Source: Atractiella rhizophila (lineage: Eukaryota). From it: a stretch of 64,000 nucleotides of DNA. Below are positions 53,132 through 64,000 of the stretch, one piece after another. The DNA lies in contig MU271444.1 in NCBI GenBank assembly GCA_021432655.1, positions 1-64,000 on the forward strand. Direction: 5' to 3'. The notes under the pieces were generated by a model. The model saw only the letters and a list, made by a program, of their open reading frames with translations, was not told where the DNA came from and ran no database searches. Position numbers and translations under genes: made by a program. Position 1 is the first letter of the stretch. The number at the start of each line of letters is the position of its first letter.

Positions 53132-54855
53132 ATGAAAGCCTTCATCACTGTCGTTACCGCAGCGAGTTTATTCGCAACAACTTCAGCGCAGTATTCAGCC
53201 ACCTACAATCCCGGGTCCTTGCCGAACCAGACAGAAACTGGTCAAGAGGGATACAACATTTGTGGGAATGGTAATAGCCAAGATTCGATGTGTCAGGTCC
53301 GTATTCTCCACTGACGAATGTTTCCGGAGAACAACGTGTTCTTCTGTTGTTCGTTTCCCAGTTCAAGCACGTACTAATGGTACCTATCCAGACATTGTAC
53401 TTCAACTCGTGAGGCTCTCCGTTCTCACGGGATCAATGGCATTTATCGGCCGACGTCAGGCTCAATGACTTCTGCGTCTGGGGTCCTCCAGGTCCAAAGG
53501 CTGAGGAGATCGGAGAGAGCGAACGTTACGAGGTCGCTTGGTGCACCAAACCAGGTTCGTCAGCCCGTCCTTCACGCGAAATACGCTTGATAGCACGAGC
53601 TAGGTTATGGCACGAGGTTGATCCCTGATGGCACTATCACGGGTGCACATTGGGTGAGCGCTGTTGTCTCCATATCTCTGCGATCCATTATTCATGAGAG
53701 TTCAGGTCGAGACTCCTGATTACGTTCAGATTACTGGCAAGTTAATCACGACAGCTCTAGAGTTTTTCTGAATACCATCAGGCTATGGAGATTTCACAAA
53801 GGTATGTCAATGCTTACCTGGGCTTTCTAAACTGATGGCTCACGGAAATGATCAGATAAACGTCGTTCCCGGGAACACAGCGAACAGTGCAGGAGAACTA
53901 GGTATGGTTTCGTTTGCTGCTGAGAGTAAATATGACAATCTGCTTTAGACCCTCATGGAGCTGATGGTTTGTCCTTTACTCTGGCACGAGCTCCAGTCCT
54001 CATCTCTCTTTCCATCTTAGGCAACGGCAATCCAATCGGCGGAATCGTGTTCACAACCGCTTTTGGTGGTGGTGTGACACAAGCCCATGAATGGACAAAT
54101 TTCATGAGCAATACCGTATTCTGTTTCCGCGTGTGCAAGGATGGGCCGAATGCGTGGCTTTGGTGGTACGTTTGCGCCAGTTCTCGAAATTCAACTGAAA
54201 TATGTGCAATGCAGCCAACATATTTATGATGTGATGGGGTAAGCCAGTTTTATAAGTTCCGTGACAGCTCCTGCTTACTTGAATAGTTGCGAATGGAATA
54301 ACCCTGGTGAATTCTACTGTGTTCACAAGCCAACTTTCAATTTTGCTGACAGCTTGATGCAGGTGACTACACAATTGGGACTTTCGATTCATGCGATGGA
54401 GACTCTGGACAATTTCCAGGTAAGCGATGCTTTGGAGAATCGGCCGCCATATCTTTGCTTAGACGTCTCTAAAAGGAATTGATAACGGCTCTACTTTCCA
54501 TCAAGACAACGGACACACTCCTGCTGCTCATCCTGCTCCTCCCAAATCCAACTGCGTCCCTCAAAACACAATCTCCCCCAACAATGCTGTTGCCCTCCCC
54601 CAAACCACCAGCACGACAACGACTTCGACAAGTACAAGTACAAGCACAAGCACAAGCACCACCTCAACTTCCTCTACGACTTCCACTACAATTGTCAACA
54701 ACACTCCTTCGCGCTCGACTACTGAAACTGCTTCACAGGCAACCGGTACAAAGGCAAGCTCGTCCCAAGGTGACCACTCTGGAGCTACTATACTCGCTGG
54801 TGGCACTGGCTTCGGATTTGTCAGCATGATGCTCGCTGTGGCTGCATTGTTTTAA
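53132..54855 (+). CDS. Secreted/GPI mannoprotein, Cryptococcus MP88 / macrophage-activating glycoprotein family
   Basis: Signal peptide, GQEGYNIC, DFCVWGPP, EVAWCTKPGYGTRLIPDGTITGAHW, TPDYVQITG, GELDPHGAD, GNPIGG, EWTNF, CQHIYDVMGC, S/T-rich stalk and hydrophobic tail; more than 10 introns. Confidence 0.88.
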
Positions 54856-55137
54856 TTACACACAGCGTTCCACTGGGAGCAAACAGGTTGATTAGGGCTT
54901 TATGGACTGACTGATTTCACCATCGTTTCTCTACGCTCTTTGGTAGTAATCATAAGGCCATGCCAATGAATTAATATTTCTAATACATACTGGTACAGTA
55001 ATAACGACGAGAAATAAGTTCATTTTCTATGAAGAGAAAGCAAAGCCTGTATAAATATAAATAAAGTTAAAGTTCAAACAAGGAAAGGAATTGTAATTGT
55101 CTTTGTCTAAAGAGATCCGCCCGCCGTACCACTCAAC

Positions 55138-56036
55138 ATGTCAAACAACTCTTTGTCACGACAGCCTTCCTCTCTATCCACCAACTCGTCATCAGCGCCG
55201 CCGAAACGGAAGGCAAAAAATCTTTTGAGGGAGTATTATGGCTTACAGCATCCTCAAAGTCCAGTCACTCCTAAGGCGTTCCAGCACGGGGAAGTGCAGG
55301 GAGACCCTTTAATGATCGGTACGTTATCTTCTCACACTTTACAGTACCGGGAGATGGTGTGACATTCTGCGTTCAAAGATACACCTGCCTTTGAACCACA
55401 AACTTATTTCAAGCATATTGCGGATACCGCTTCTGTACCCGAGCTGCTGAAGAAACATGAAGAGCTACTGTCAGGTGAGAAGCTTCTGCTGTTCAACGAG
55501 AGGTTCTGAATCGTGTCTAGAAATCCGAGAGCTTGATGGCGAGCGTCAATCCTTGGTTTACAACCACCATCATGAGCTCATCGACGGGTCGGATACAATC
55601 AAAAAGGTGTGAACCCTCCACTCCTCTTCCACGGACTAACACTGTTTCTCAGCTGAACAGTCGAGCCGACTCTCTTGATTCTACTTTAGACCGCCTCCGC
55701 ACTTCCTTCTCAACAATATCCCAACTCTCATCCACGCTCTCTCTCCCAGCACCAAAACCTCCTTCTCGTACCTTTTCACCCATCGAGCACCTTCCAACAC
55801 TGCTTTCTCTCCCCTTGGTTCTTCGAAACCTTCTCGAACAGTCCAAGGATAAGGAGGCACGGGAAGTGTGGGGGCGGTGGGAGCCGGTGCTGAAGGAATG
55901 GAAAGATGCCACGGTGGAAGGAGCGGAAGAGATAGAAAGAGAATGCAGGGATGTTTTCGGAGCTATGAGACTGAGAAGAGTCAGCATGGGGGATGAAGAA
56001 GGGAGGAGGAGCATTGAGAGCGCATCTGTGTACTGA
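55138..56036 (+). CDS. VPS51: GARP complex subunit Vps51
   Basis: LLREYYGL and EIRELDGERQSLVYNHHHELIDGSDTIKK match the Vps51/Vps67 domain. Confidence 0.88.
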
Positions 56037-57039
56037 CCACCTTCAGAACTTTAACATGGCAATTGACTTGAGTGCTGAAAATGAGTCCGGGAACAGGGAA
56101 AAAGGAGACGTCTGATGAAAATGCATTGATTATTATAAAAGGTAGCAGTAAATATCGAGTAAGTAAGCAAGACATCAATGCACGAAAACTAGAAGGATCC
56201 ACTGTATTTGAAAATCGAACATCTGTGGGCAAGTGAGGGATTGCATCAACAGCTGCATTGAGGGGAAACACCACAAATCGTCCATTTGGCACAAGAGGAT
56301 CCAACTTCACTTCCACTGTTCAGCAGAAAGACGAAAAAAATCACACACATTTCGGGAAGTTCAACGACGAGACGTGGAAATACTAAAAGTGAACGAGGGT
56401 ATTTTGCTTTTGAGGAAGTCAGAATATTGGAGAAGAGGGAAGATAAAGAGTGGAATCGATAAGTAAAAGGGTGGTGTCGTGGAGGGTGTGGTATATTAAC
56501 GTGGGGGTTTATGATTATAAGTGTTTTGGAAGGTAAGAAAAGCGAAGCTCCATCCTGACAAACTAGAAACAAGCGATTGTTGCTCTGCTGCAAAGACTAG
56601 CCAGATGAGAAGCGAGTGAAGAAAAGAGGAGAGAGAAAGAACGTGGTAGTTTCCTTCTACTGAAGTTTGAGGGAGGAGGGGTAATGAAGGCACATATTGC
56701 GGCAGGTTGGTTTTGATGAAAACGAATAGTACGAAAGAAGACAAGCAGTCGATGGATGAGAGCGGAGGAAAGTCATCCCAACCGAACGAGCAGAAATTAT
56801 GACCCAAAATCGTAAAGGTATCTCAAGTAAGGACGACTTCCTGTGATTTATTTGTTTTGGATATTTTGAAGAGTGTGTGTATTCACGTCGTCGACATGCT
56901 GACGGTTAGACTGAAAACAACTGACGAATTTGTCTCTGCTGCTGCAAGCAAGCGTCTAAGAACTGAAGGCGGTGAGAAACGAACTCTGAATCGAGCACCG
57001 AGCGGTAAAAATCGAATCGAGTCAGTGACAAGCTTCAAA

Positions 57040-58749
57040 CTAATACATTGGCCCAAACGTGAGACCCGGAGGAATTTGAATCGGTGGTTCAGTCGTCGAA
57101 GGAAGAGCACTGAGGAGGTCCGCGCTCGTATCTGTCAATGGATCGAAGCCAAATAGTGATAGACTTTCAGGCCAGCCATCCGTAATCGTCAAGGAGAGCC
57201 CAAGAGAGGCGGCAGCGTTAGCATCTTTTGAAAGGTTTACTGGACGTAGTCCTCCATCCGGATGATCAAAGGAGATTTCAGAAGAGGAGCGAGTGTGATC
57301 CGTGTGGTCGGTGTCTCCCTCTTCAGTATCGTTACCTTCCGACTGTATCCCATGAAATCATCAACAAAATTCTGCAGAGGAGGAAAGGAGAACAAACAGT
57401 GAAATCGAGAGAATCCTGTTCACCCGAGCGCAAATGTGCCCGTTTATGCCTGTACACGGCAGACCGTAAGCAATACTCAGTCAAAGGACAGAAGGGACAA
57501 ACCTCATAGCGTCCATCTGCAGCTTGCACAACCTCTTCAAAGGGTCGTTCTCCAGACTCGTCCTCAATTTACACGTCGCCAAATGCGCTCTGATGACAGC
57601 CGGACGTTTGGCTTTCGATCTAAACCGACAATTGGGTAGGCAAGACTGGTGTTTCAGCCATGCATTCGAGTTGCCTGTGGATGGGAACAGTTCGTGATCT
57701 TGCTCGAACACGCGGGTATAAGACCTTGGTGGGAACTACCAAACATAATCTTCACTACTCTATCAAGCGGCGAGGGAAGTGCTTACGGTGATGGTGTCAT
57801 TGTGCGGCCGTCCGACGGCCGCTCTCCCTCGTTCAGAATTGGCGGGATAGAGCTGCGAATCTTGTCTATCCCAAACATAATTTTCCTCTCCCTCGTTCAT
57901 CAAACTGAAACCTCCGGGGGTGGTGACGCCAGACGACGTCCCATTCGCCCCAGTCGTAAACTGAAGGCTGGTAGGTCTCCGTTGTCCAATCAATTCGTCA
58001 CCCGAGTCCAGCGACGTGAGACTACTCCGATCTCCGGCCATATACGGCGTATGATGTTCCGTCGTCCTACCGCGTTTCATCGTGTGGCCATTCGTCCGTG
58101 AGAGAACGCCTGTGGGCGGAAGGAAAGATTGGGAGGTTGATTGAGGAGAGAAAAAGTTCGGAAGGCCGTTCGATGCATCTGGAGGACTGGGAATGAACGA
58201 TGACTGCGGAGAAGTGGAGGCATAGGATGAAGAAGCGGTCCCATTGGCAGTGGGGTAGATCGTGGATCCGTACGTAGATTGAGAGGAAGAAACCTGCATT
58301 CCATTCGAAGAATACGGTGCTGGGGGTCCTTCCCATCCAACATATAGTCACTCCGCCCATTCTTCTCTGCACAAAAATGACGCAAGAAACTCACCGTTCT
58401 GCATCCCTGCCGTGAACCCCAGCTCCGGAATGGCCAAGTTATTCTGCTGCAACGCTTTATTCAACACGTCCCACGTCAAATACAACGTTCCAGGTGCCAA
58501 CGCGGTGAGATAAAGCCCGAGAGTGCCGTTGAAGCGAACCTGTGCTGGCACGACTTCATAAGTCGGGAAATTGGAAAACTGCTGCATCTGGTGATGGGGA
58601 TTCGAGCCGAACTGCTGTTGCGAGGGAGGGTGGGCATGATTTTGAGCGTGGGGAGGGAGAGACGGGAGGGGCTGTTGAGGGGGCGGCTGGAGGGGAGGAG
58701 GAAGGGTAGCGGTTGAAGTCGAAGCTTGCCAACTTGGAGGACCCTCCAT
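57040..58749 (-). CDS. Hypothetical protein with C2HC-like Zn-finger domain (paralogue A), putative nuclear regulator
   Basis: Five exons reconstructed in frame: P/Q-rich N-terminus, C-x3-C-x14-H-x3-C, basic RHKR patch and an acidic/hydrophobic C-terminus. Confidence 0.7.
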
Positions 58750-58763
58750 CCCATCGACGAGCA

Positions 58764-58800
58764 GAGTGCGAGTGCGGGTGCGGGTGCGAGTGCGATGTGC
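58764..58800. repeat. Imperfect (GAGTGC/GGGTGC)n hexamer microsatellite
   Basis: gagtgcgagtgcgggtgcgggtgcgagtgcgatgtgc lies just upstream of the ATG of paralogue A. Confidence 0.7.
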
Positions 58801-59372
58801 GATCGAATGCTCTGAACTTTTCCAGGGCACGATGGACTCGTTCGAAAAGAAGCAGGTGATCGTGTGGTCGGAGAGAGATGCCGCGGTCTGTCGTTCCAAT
58901 CGTTAGGGGAAGGAGAAGCTGGCAGTTATACGGTAGAGCCGTGGAAGTAACGATGGGGCTAGTCCAGACGTCCGCGTTAGCGATGGCGCAAACAGGGCTG
59001 GTCGTTGGATCGTTGGAGGTGGTCGTTGTGTTTGGAGTTGGAGTTCGTTGAAGAAGCTGGCTCTCGGCTTTTGCTCCTCGTGTCGAGCGTGGCAGTCATC
59101 AATTCAAATCAGAGTCAATGTTCCATCTGCCGATTCTTAATTCTAACCCTAATAGCCATACTTCTCTCGGACAGCCGTCCAACACCAGAGTTCCTCCTGT
59201 CAAGGTTGTGGCTTCTTATTGGCGCTCTTATCCAGTCTTATCCACGTTCAACAGTCAACAAGGAGCAAGAAGAAGCAATGGGAAGGCATGAAGATATGGT
59301 GTAGGATTGCATTGCTGGCATACAAAGAATAGAGGGATGGCGGCATAAACAGTCGAAGTGTACGAAGAGTAT

Positions 59373-60196
59373 CTAAGCCTTGTTCGAAATGATACCGTCG
59401 AACTGTCACAAGATTCAGCATCTCACCCCATGACTTGCTGAGGAAGAAAGACTCACTCGCTGTTTGAACCAAGCTTGAGAATCCTCCTTCTTCACCCTGT
59501 GGGAAGATCCAACTCGAGACTTGCACCTCTTTCGCCTCGCTACTCGGGCACCAGGACGTCCCATGCAGACATAGAAGTCCATTCCGAAGATACTATTCAC
59601 ATCCCACATCTTCACTCTCCGCCTTGACAACATCCAGAGCAAGTGCTTACCCAATAGCAGGATCATACTTGATGCCCAAATCGATATGCTCCTGAATGCC
59701 AAACCCAAAATTTCCAGTCTCGCTAAAGTTCCTCCTCTTCAACTCGTACTCCTTCACCTTCAAAGCCCTCTCCAAAATCTCCTCCGCTTTCGGTCCACGG
59801 ATGGTGACGTGAACCGCAATCTTTTCGTTACGACGGATACCGAACGATCGAATCGTGTATCGCGCCTTGGAAGTGACGGGGGATTGACCGGTGAGTTGTT
59901 CCAACACCTTGGATGCTCGTGTTAGACGATCTCCAGACTCGCCAACCGAAATGTCTGTCATTGAAGAGAACATGGATTAGAATGAGGGAGATGCAGACGA
60001 AAATGCAGGAGACGGACTGATGACGAGCTTCTCGATGCGGAGCTCCCTCTGTCAATATCAGAATCGTCAGTTGTTGTCCTTATGTGTGAGGAGGAACGCT
60101 CACGTTAGGATTGACGGATTTCTTTTCGTCAGCCTATCCCAATCCATCCACCATCACTCCCATGCACCTCTGGGAGCATAAAAAGGGACGAACCAT
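59373..60196 (-). CDS. RPL11: 60S ribosomal protein L11 (uL5)
   Basis: [57 protein letters not shown] and IFGMDFY; ATG-only first exon. Confidence 0.97.
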
Positions 60197-60273
60197 TGTA
60201 TGAGTCCACCTTTCCCTTCCTTACCTCAAGTCTGTCGTTTGGCGTGTCAAGTGGAAAATACGCGAGCCTCGTC

Positions 60274-60302
60274 TTAGGGTTGTCAGGTTACAAGTTAGGG
60301 TT
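60274..60302. promoter_or_regulatory. Two TTAGGGTT (telobox/Tbf1-like) sites in the 203-bp RPL11/SmB bidirectional promoter
   Basis: TTAGGGTT at 60274-60281 and 60295-60302, 21 bp apart. Confidence 0.5.
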
Positions 60303-60399
60303 CAGCGGGCGGATCTCACCCGCACTTTATTCGCCACCTATTCTTCATTCTCCAAACGGACTTTTTTGGGAGCTCGTTTCAAGCAGCAGGCGCACCAAA

Positions 60400-61183
60400 A
60401 TGGTGAGTCTCTTTCATCGGTAGCGCGTACGGGAGCTGAGGAGAGGGATAGTCTACGAAAAAAGGGGGGAAATTGATGGGCCTCATCCATTATCGCGTTC
60501 GCGTGACGCTGAACGACTCTCGGACGCTGATTGGACAGCTGCTCGCCTTCGACAAGCACATGAACTTGGTGTTGGCGGAGTGTGAAGACTTTAGGACGAT
60601 CAAGATGAAGAAGAAGAAGGATGCGGGAGGTGCTGGCGTCGGTGGAATGGGGGAGAAGATGGTGGTCGATGGAGAGGAGGGCAGTAATAGGTTGCAGGAG
60701 ATTAAGAGGTCGTTGGGATTGACGATCCTTAGAGGAGAGACTATCGTTTCTATCTCTGTGGAAAGCCCTCCGCCTGTAGTTGACGAGAGCAAGCAGCCGA
60801 ATGTTCGTCCTCTCTTTCTTCTCTAAAGGGTGTCATCTCATTCTCCATTCTTCTTTGTAATTAGATCCTTCCTGGACCTGGCGTTGGTCGTGCGGTAGGA
60901 CGTGGAGTGGGGCTAGCACCACCACGTACGTCTCCTCTCTCTGTCATGGTATTTTAGCGGGAATGATGCGCGGTGGTCCGATGCCATTCCCCCCTCGTCC
61001 TCCAGGCGCACCAGGCCTTCCTCCGCCCCCACCTGGGATGTTACCAGGCATGATGCCTCCTCCTGGGTTCTCTGGACCACCACCTGGGTTTGTTCATCCC
61101 TTACCATCTTTCCTTTCTTTGCTTGTCTGTGTGAGAAGGCTGATGCTTGTTGAGATAGGTTCATGCCTCCACCGCCGCGATAA
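60400..61183 (+). CDS. SMB1: Small nuclear ribonucleoprotein SmB
   Basis: YRVRVTLNDSRTLIGQLLAFDKHMNLVLAECEDFR, KRSLGLTILRGETIVSISVESPPP and an RG/Pro-rich tail. Confidence 0.95.
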
Positions 61184-61378
61184 TCGAGGATCGTTTTAAG
61201 CGTGGCATTGCAAGATGGTTGGATGATAGGATGAGAAGACGATATCGATTGGTGAGGAAGGTGAAAGGGCTGAAAAGTCAAAAGTGATACATGTTACGTC
61301 GTTTCTTTGCATCCAATCTGTTGTTCTCTTTCCACTCTGCTCCACGCTTCCTCGCTTCCATGCACCACACTCTTCATT

Positions 61379-61995
61379 CTACGAAATCCGATCCTCGCTC
61401 TCCAGCTTTTTAGCCCTACTCTCAGCAATCAATCCCACCTCCCTCACCGCTCGCTCCACCTCTCCCTTCCACCTCTCGCTCTCAACCTCAAACCTCTCCT
61501 TCCCTTTCCCCTCCTCCCTCAACTCAGCTTCCCACTCCTTGATCCTAGATTCGAGTTCGGAAGCGATGGCAGAACGAGAGCGCGAATTGACAAAGGTGAT
61601 GTACCGTAACCCGGGAAAGAGATCCTCGTATCTGGCATTCAAGACCTGCCATCTTCCCTTCAGTTTTACATCAAACTAAATTAGACATGAATATGGACCT
61701 TCAATGTCTCCACCACTTCGGGAGGACATGCTTCACCGCCTTCTCCGCGCGTTTGCTCCCCTTTCGACGCCGCACTTAGATGTTGGACGGGAGCTCCGAT
61801 GCGTGGATGGGAGTGGAGGAAGGAGGCGCGGAGGGGGAGAGGCCAGGATTGGATGATGGTGATGGAGGTGGGGACGAGGGTTGTGGGTTTGTATGTTGTG
61901 TTGGGTGGGAGGGAGGGGATGAGGTGGGTGCTGAGGAGGGGGTGGTTTTCGAAGAGCAGGGGGAGGAGGATGGCTGGGTTGGTTGGGTAGGACAT
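61379..61995 (-). CDS. OHCU decarboxylase family protein
   Basis: LLFE, FLHSHPRIG, LSAASKGEQ, LNARYEDLFPGLRYITFVN and EVGLIAESR. Confidence 0.85.
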
Positions 61996-62194
61996 GGTTG
62001 TACTTGTGCTACCTTGTGGACTTATGTTATTGCAATATCTATTCCACAAGCTAAGATGCACTTGTTACTGAGCATCCATATTTCAGGCCAGCTAGCTGAT
62101 TGATGGATTGCTGGAGAAGGGGTCAGGTCATCAACAGACATCAAGAGAAGGACCAACGTCAGCAACAAGGCCAACAACGAACGTTGAGTCTGCG

Positions 62195-63974
62195 ATGTCC
62201 ATCTCTCGCCCTCCCTCCGCTTCAACGCCGTACGTCCACCGCACCCTCCTCCAGCCTCAGCCACAGCCGAGCGAGGACGACCAGCACCACGACGACGTCT
62301 CCGTCTCAGGCGACGGCATACACCTCGGAGCGAACGTCCTCAAGTGGGACCAGCTCGCTGAGGTCCTCGTGTCTCAGTCGACCGCTGGTCTTTTGCCGAG
62401 TGGACATGTCCTCGGATTGGCTGTCGCTTGCTTACGTGCGTCTACTCTTATTATTTTTCTGTGTTCTATGGATTGGGATTGAATGGATCCTTGGATGTAG
62501 ATACGGCAAATGCATGGGCTAATGGAAGTCCTCCCGAACACGCATCTTCTTCAGCTCTTCAACCCACCACCTCTCATCGTCGATTACATCCCATCCCCAC
62601 ACGTATAACTCAACCCTCTCCACCCACCTCCCTACCCGCCACACCCTCAGGACCACCAGGACCAGCCACAACAACAACGACAACACACACAGCACCACCA
62701 ACCCACCCACCCTCCGTTCCCTACGGCGTCAAATCCGAAGGCTCAGCCTCCGACCTCCACTGCACCCTCTCCACCGACACCCTCGTCATCTACTGGGACC
62801 ACCGCCTGCTCCGACCCGTGAACTCGCCGAGCGCGATAGTGTATCCGAGCGGGGCGACGGCGGCCGAAGAGGAGTTTGAGAGGATCGAGTTTGGCCCGAG
62901 GAGTCATTGGAAGGTCGTCAGAGCCGGAATCGAGGTCTGGCCGTGGGATGGGATTGGGCCGGGTAACGATTGGCTGCGTGGTCAGGTGTGTCTTTTCTCT
63001 CCTCTCCCTTTTTCTTTTTTTTTGAATAAAAGATCGACGATTGTTGATGGATTGGTGATGTAGCTCGTCAATTCGCCAGAGTGTAGATGTGGAGTGTTCC
63101 ACTTCAGACACTCTAATTCGGGTTTCAAGAGACCAGCGGTCATACGAGAGCATCTCGCCTCTTGTTCGACGATGGAAGCCGTACCGGAAGGTTTGAGGCG
63201 ACTCTGCGTGTTGCAGAGGGATGCCGAGAAGATGGGAACGAAGAGGAAGAGGGAGGAAGCGAGGAAAGAAGGCGATATGGGGAAATTGGTTCGTCCTCCC
63301 CACCTCACTTCATATCCCTTTCGTCGACGTTGATTTTGGATTTTTGGATGTGGCATGGCGAATAGAAGAGAGCCAGATACGTGCCCAATCATTCGGCTTC
63401 GAGGACAGGATTGGAGATGGTCGAAGGAGGGAGGTCAGACTCGAACGGCGTCGGTGGAGGGATCGAATCCGGACCTACCTCTCTCGCTTCTGGATCAGGA
63501 TCTACAGCTATGACAGCAGGAGGAGGAGGAGGGAGATCAAACTTCTCAGCCGGCCTCTCCTCTCTCGCGATGGGAGCAACGATGGACCTCGACCCCGACA
63601 CGGATGGACGGGACATACCCATCGAAGTCGAGCCTGACTCGCCAGACGGAAACACCCCTACTACCGGCGGCGGTCTGCGCGCACGTGGAAGTGGAAGCGG
63701 TGGTGGAGGAGGAGGGACGAGGGAGATGGAAGAGCTGAGGGGGAGGAATATCGATGAGGATGTGCTTGATCCGGAAGTCGTTGGGCGGGCGGTCAGGAAT
63801 TCTAATTCCACTGGAACTCCCGCGTCGGGACATCGCAATGGGGGTACAGGTGGGAATGGGAATGGTACGGTGGGGACGAGTGAGGAGAGAGAGAGGATGG
63901 GGGAGGGGAAGTGGAGGGATGGTGATAGAATCGACATGTTTGTCAGGCGGGAACATCAGGATTTCGATTCATGA
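62195..63974 (+). CDS. Hypothetical protein with C2HC-like Zn-finger domain (paralogue B), putative nuclear regulator
   Basis: Four exons in frame: C-x-C-x20-H-x3-C, bipartite-like basic motif KRKR...KRAR and a Gly-rich acidic tail. Shares motifs with 57040..58749. Confidence 0.7.
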
Positions 63975-64000
63975 TTTCGGTGAATTCTGTCAGAATAAAT

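Noticed and set aside
54615..54665. ACAAGY hexamer repeat
   Set aside because: It encodes the ordinary Thr-Ser stalk of the mannoprotein.
57040..63974. Paralogue pair as an HD1/HD2 mating-type locus
   Set aside because: No homeodomain WFxNxR motif, pheromone precursor or STE3 receptor was seen; only the divergent layout is similar.
1..64000. tRNA, rRNA, snoRNA or CRISPR arrays
   Set aside because: None recognised by eye. A covariance-model search (tRNAscan-SE, Infernal/Rfam) is needed to exclude small intronic RNAs.

Overview
Gene-dense, intron-rich eukaryotic DNA with short GT-AG introns, CTRAY branch points and about 50% GC. The gene families indicate a fungus, most likely a basidiomycete (inference; the species cannot be determined from this window). 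About 31 protein-coding loci are supported: RIT1, a SUR7/PalI-like membrane protein, a Zn-dependent ADH, NIT2-like amidase, AVO2-like, TYR1, a broken ARG7, NmrA-like, Spo73/Mug65-like, a UDP-glycosyltransferase, GH26, JAC1, an APH-like kinase, an RRM protein, DUF1769, SLX1, an MFS transporter, a cation/H+ antiporter, GFA/CENP-V, an MP88-like mannoprotein, VPS51, RPL11, SmB, OHCU decarboxylase and several orphans. No tRNA, rRNA, CRISPR array or transposon was recognised. Most notable: (1) two divergently oriented, anciently diverged paralogues share a domain I cannot assign, ending in a C2HC-like 'KRPAVIRxHLAxC...LxRLCxLQxDA' motif; (2) the SUR7-like gene has a probable GUG-initiated 186-codon N-terminal extension inside a 623-nt AUG-free stretch; (3) ARG7 lacks its conserved N-terminal core, replaced by a copy of an intron 3' end; (4) there are two partial tandem duplications, one ending in A41; (5) an orphan RxL/CDK-site protein lies behind a cluster of MCB elements. 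Exon boundaries were read by eye, so they are approximate.
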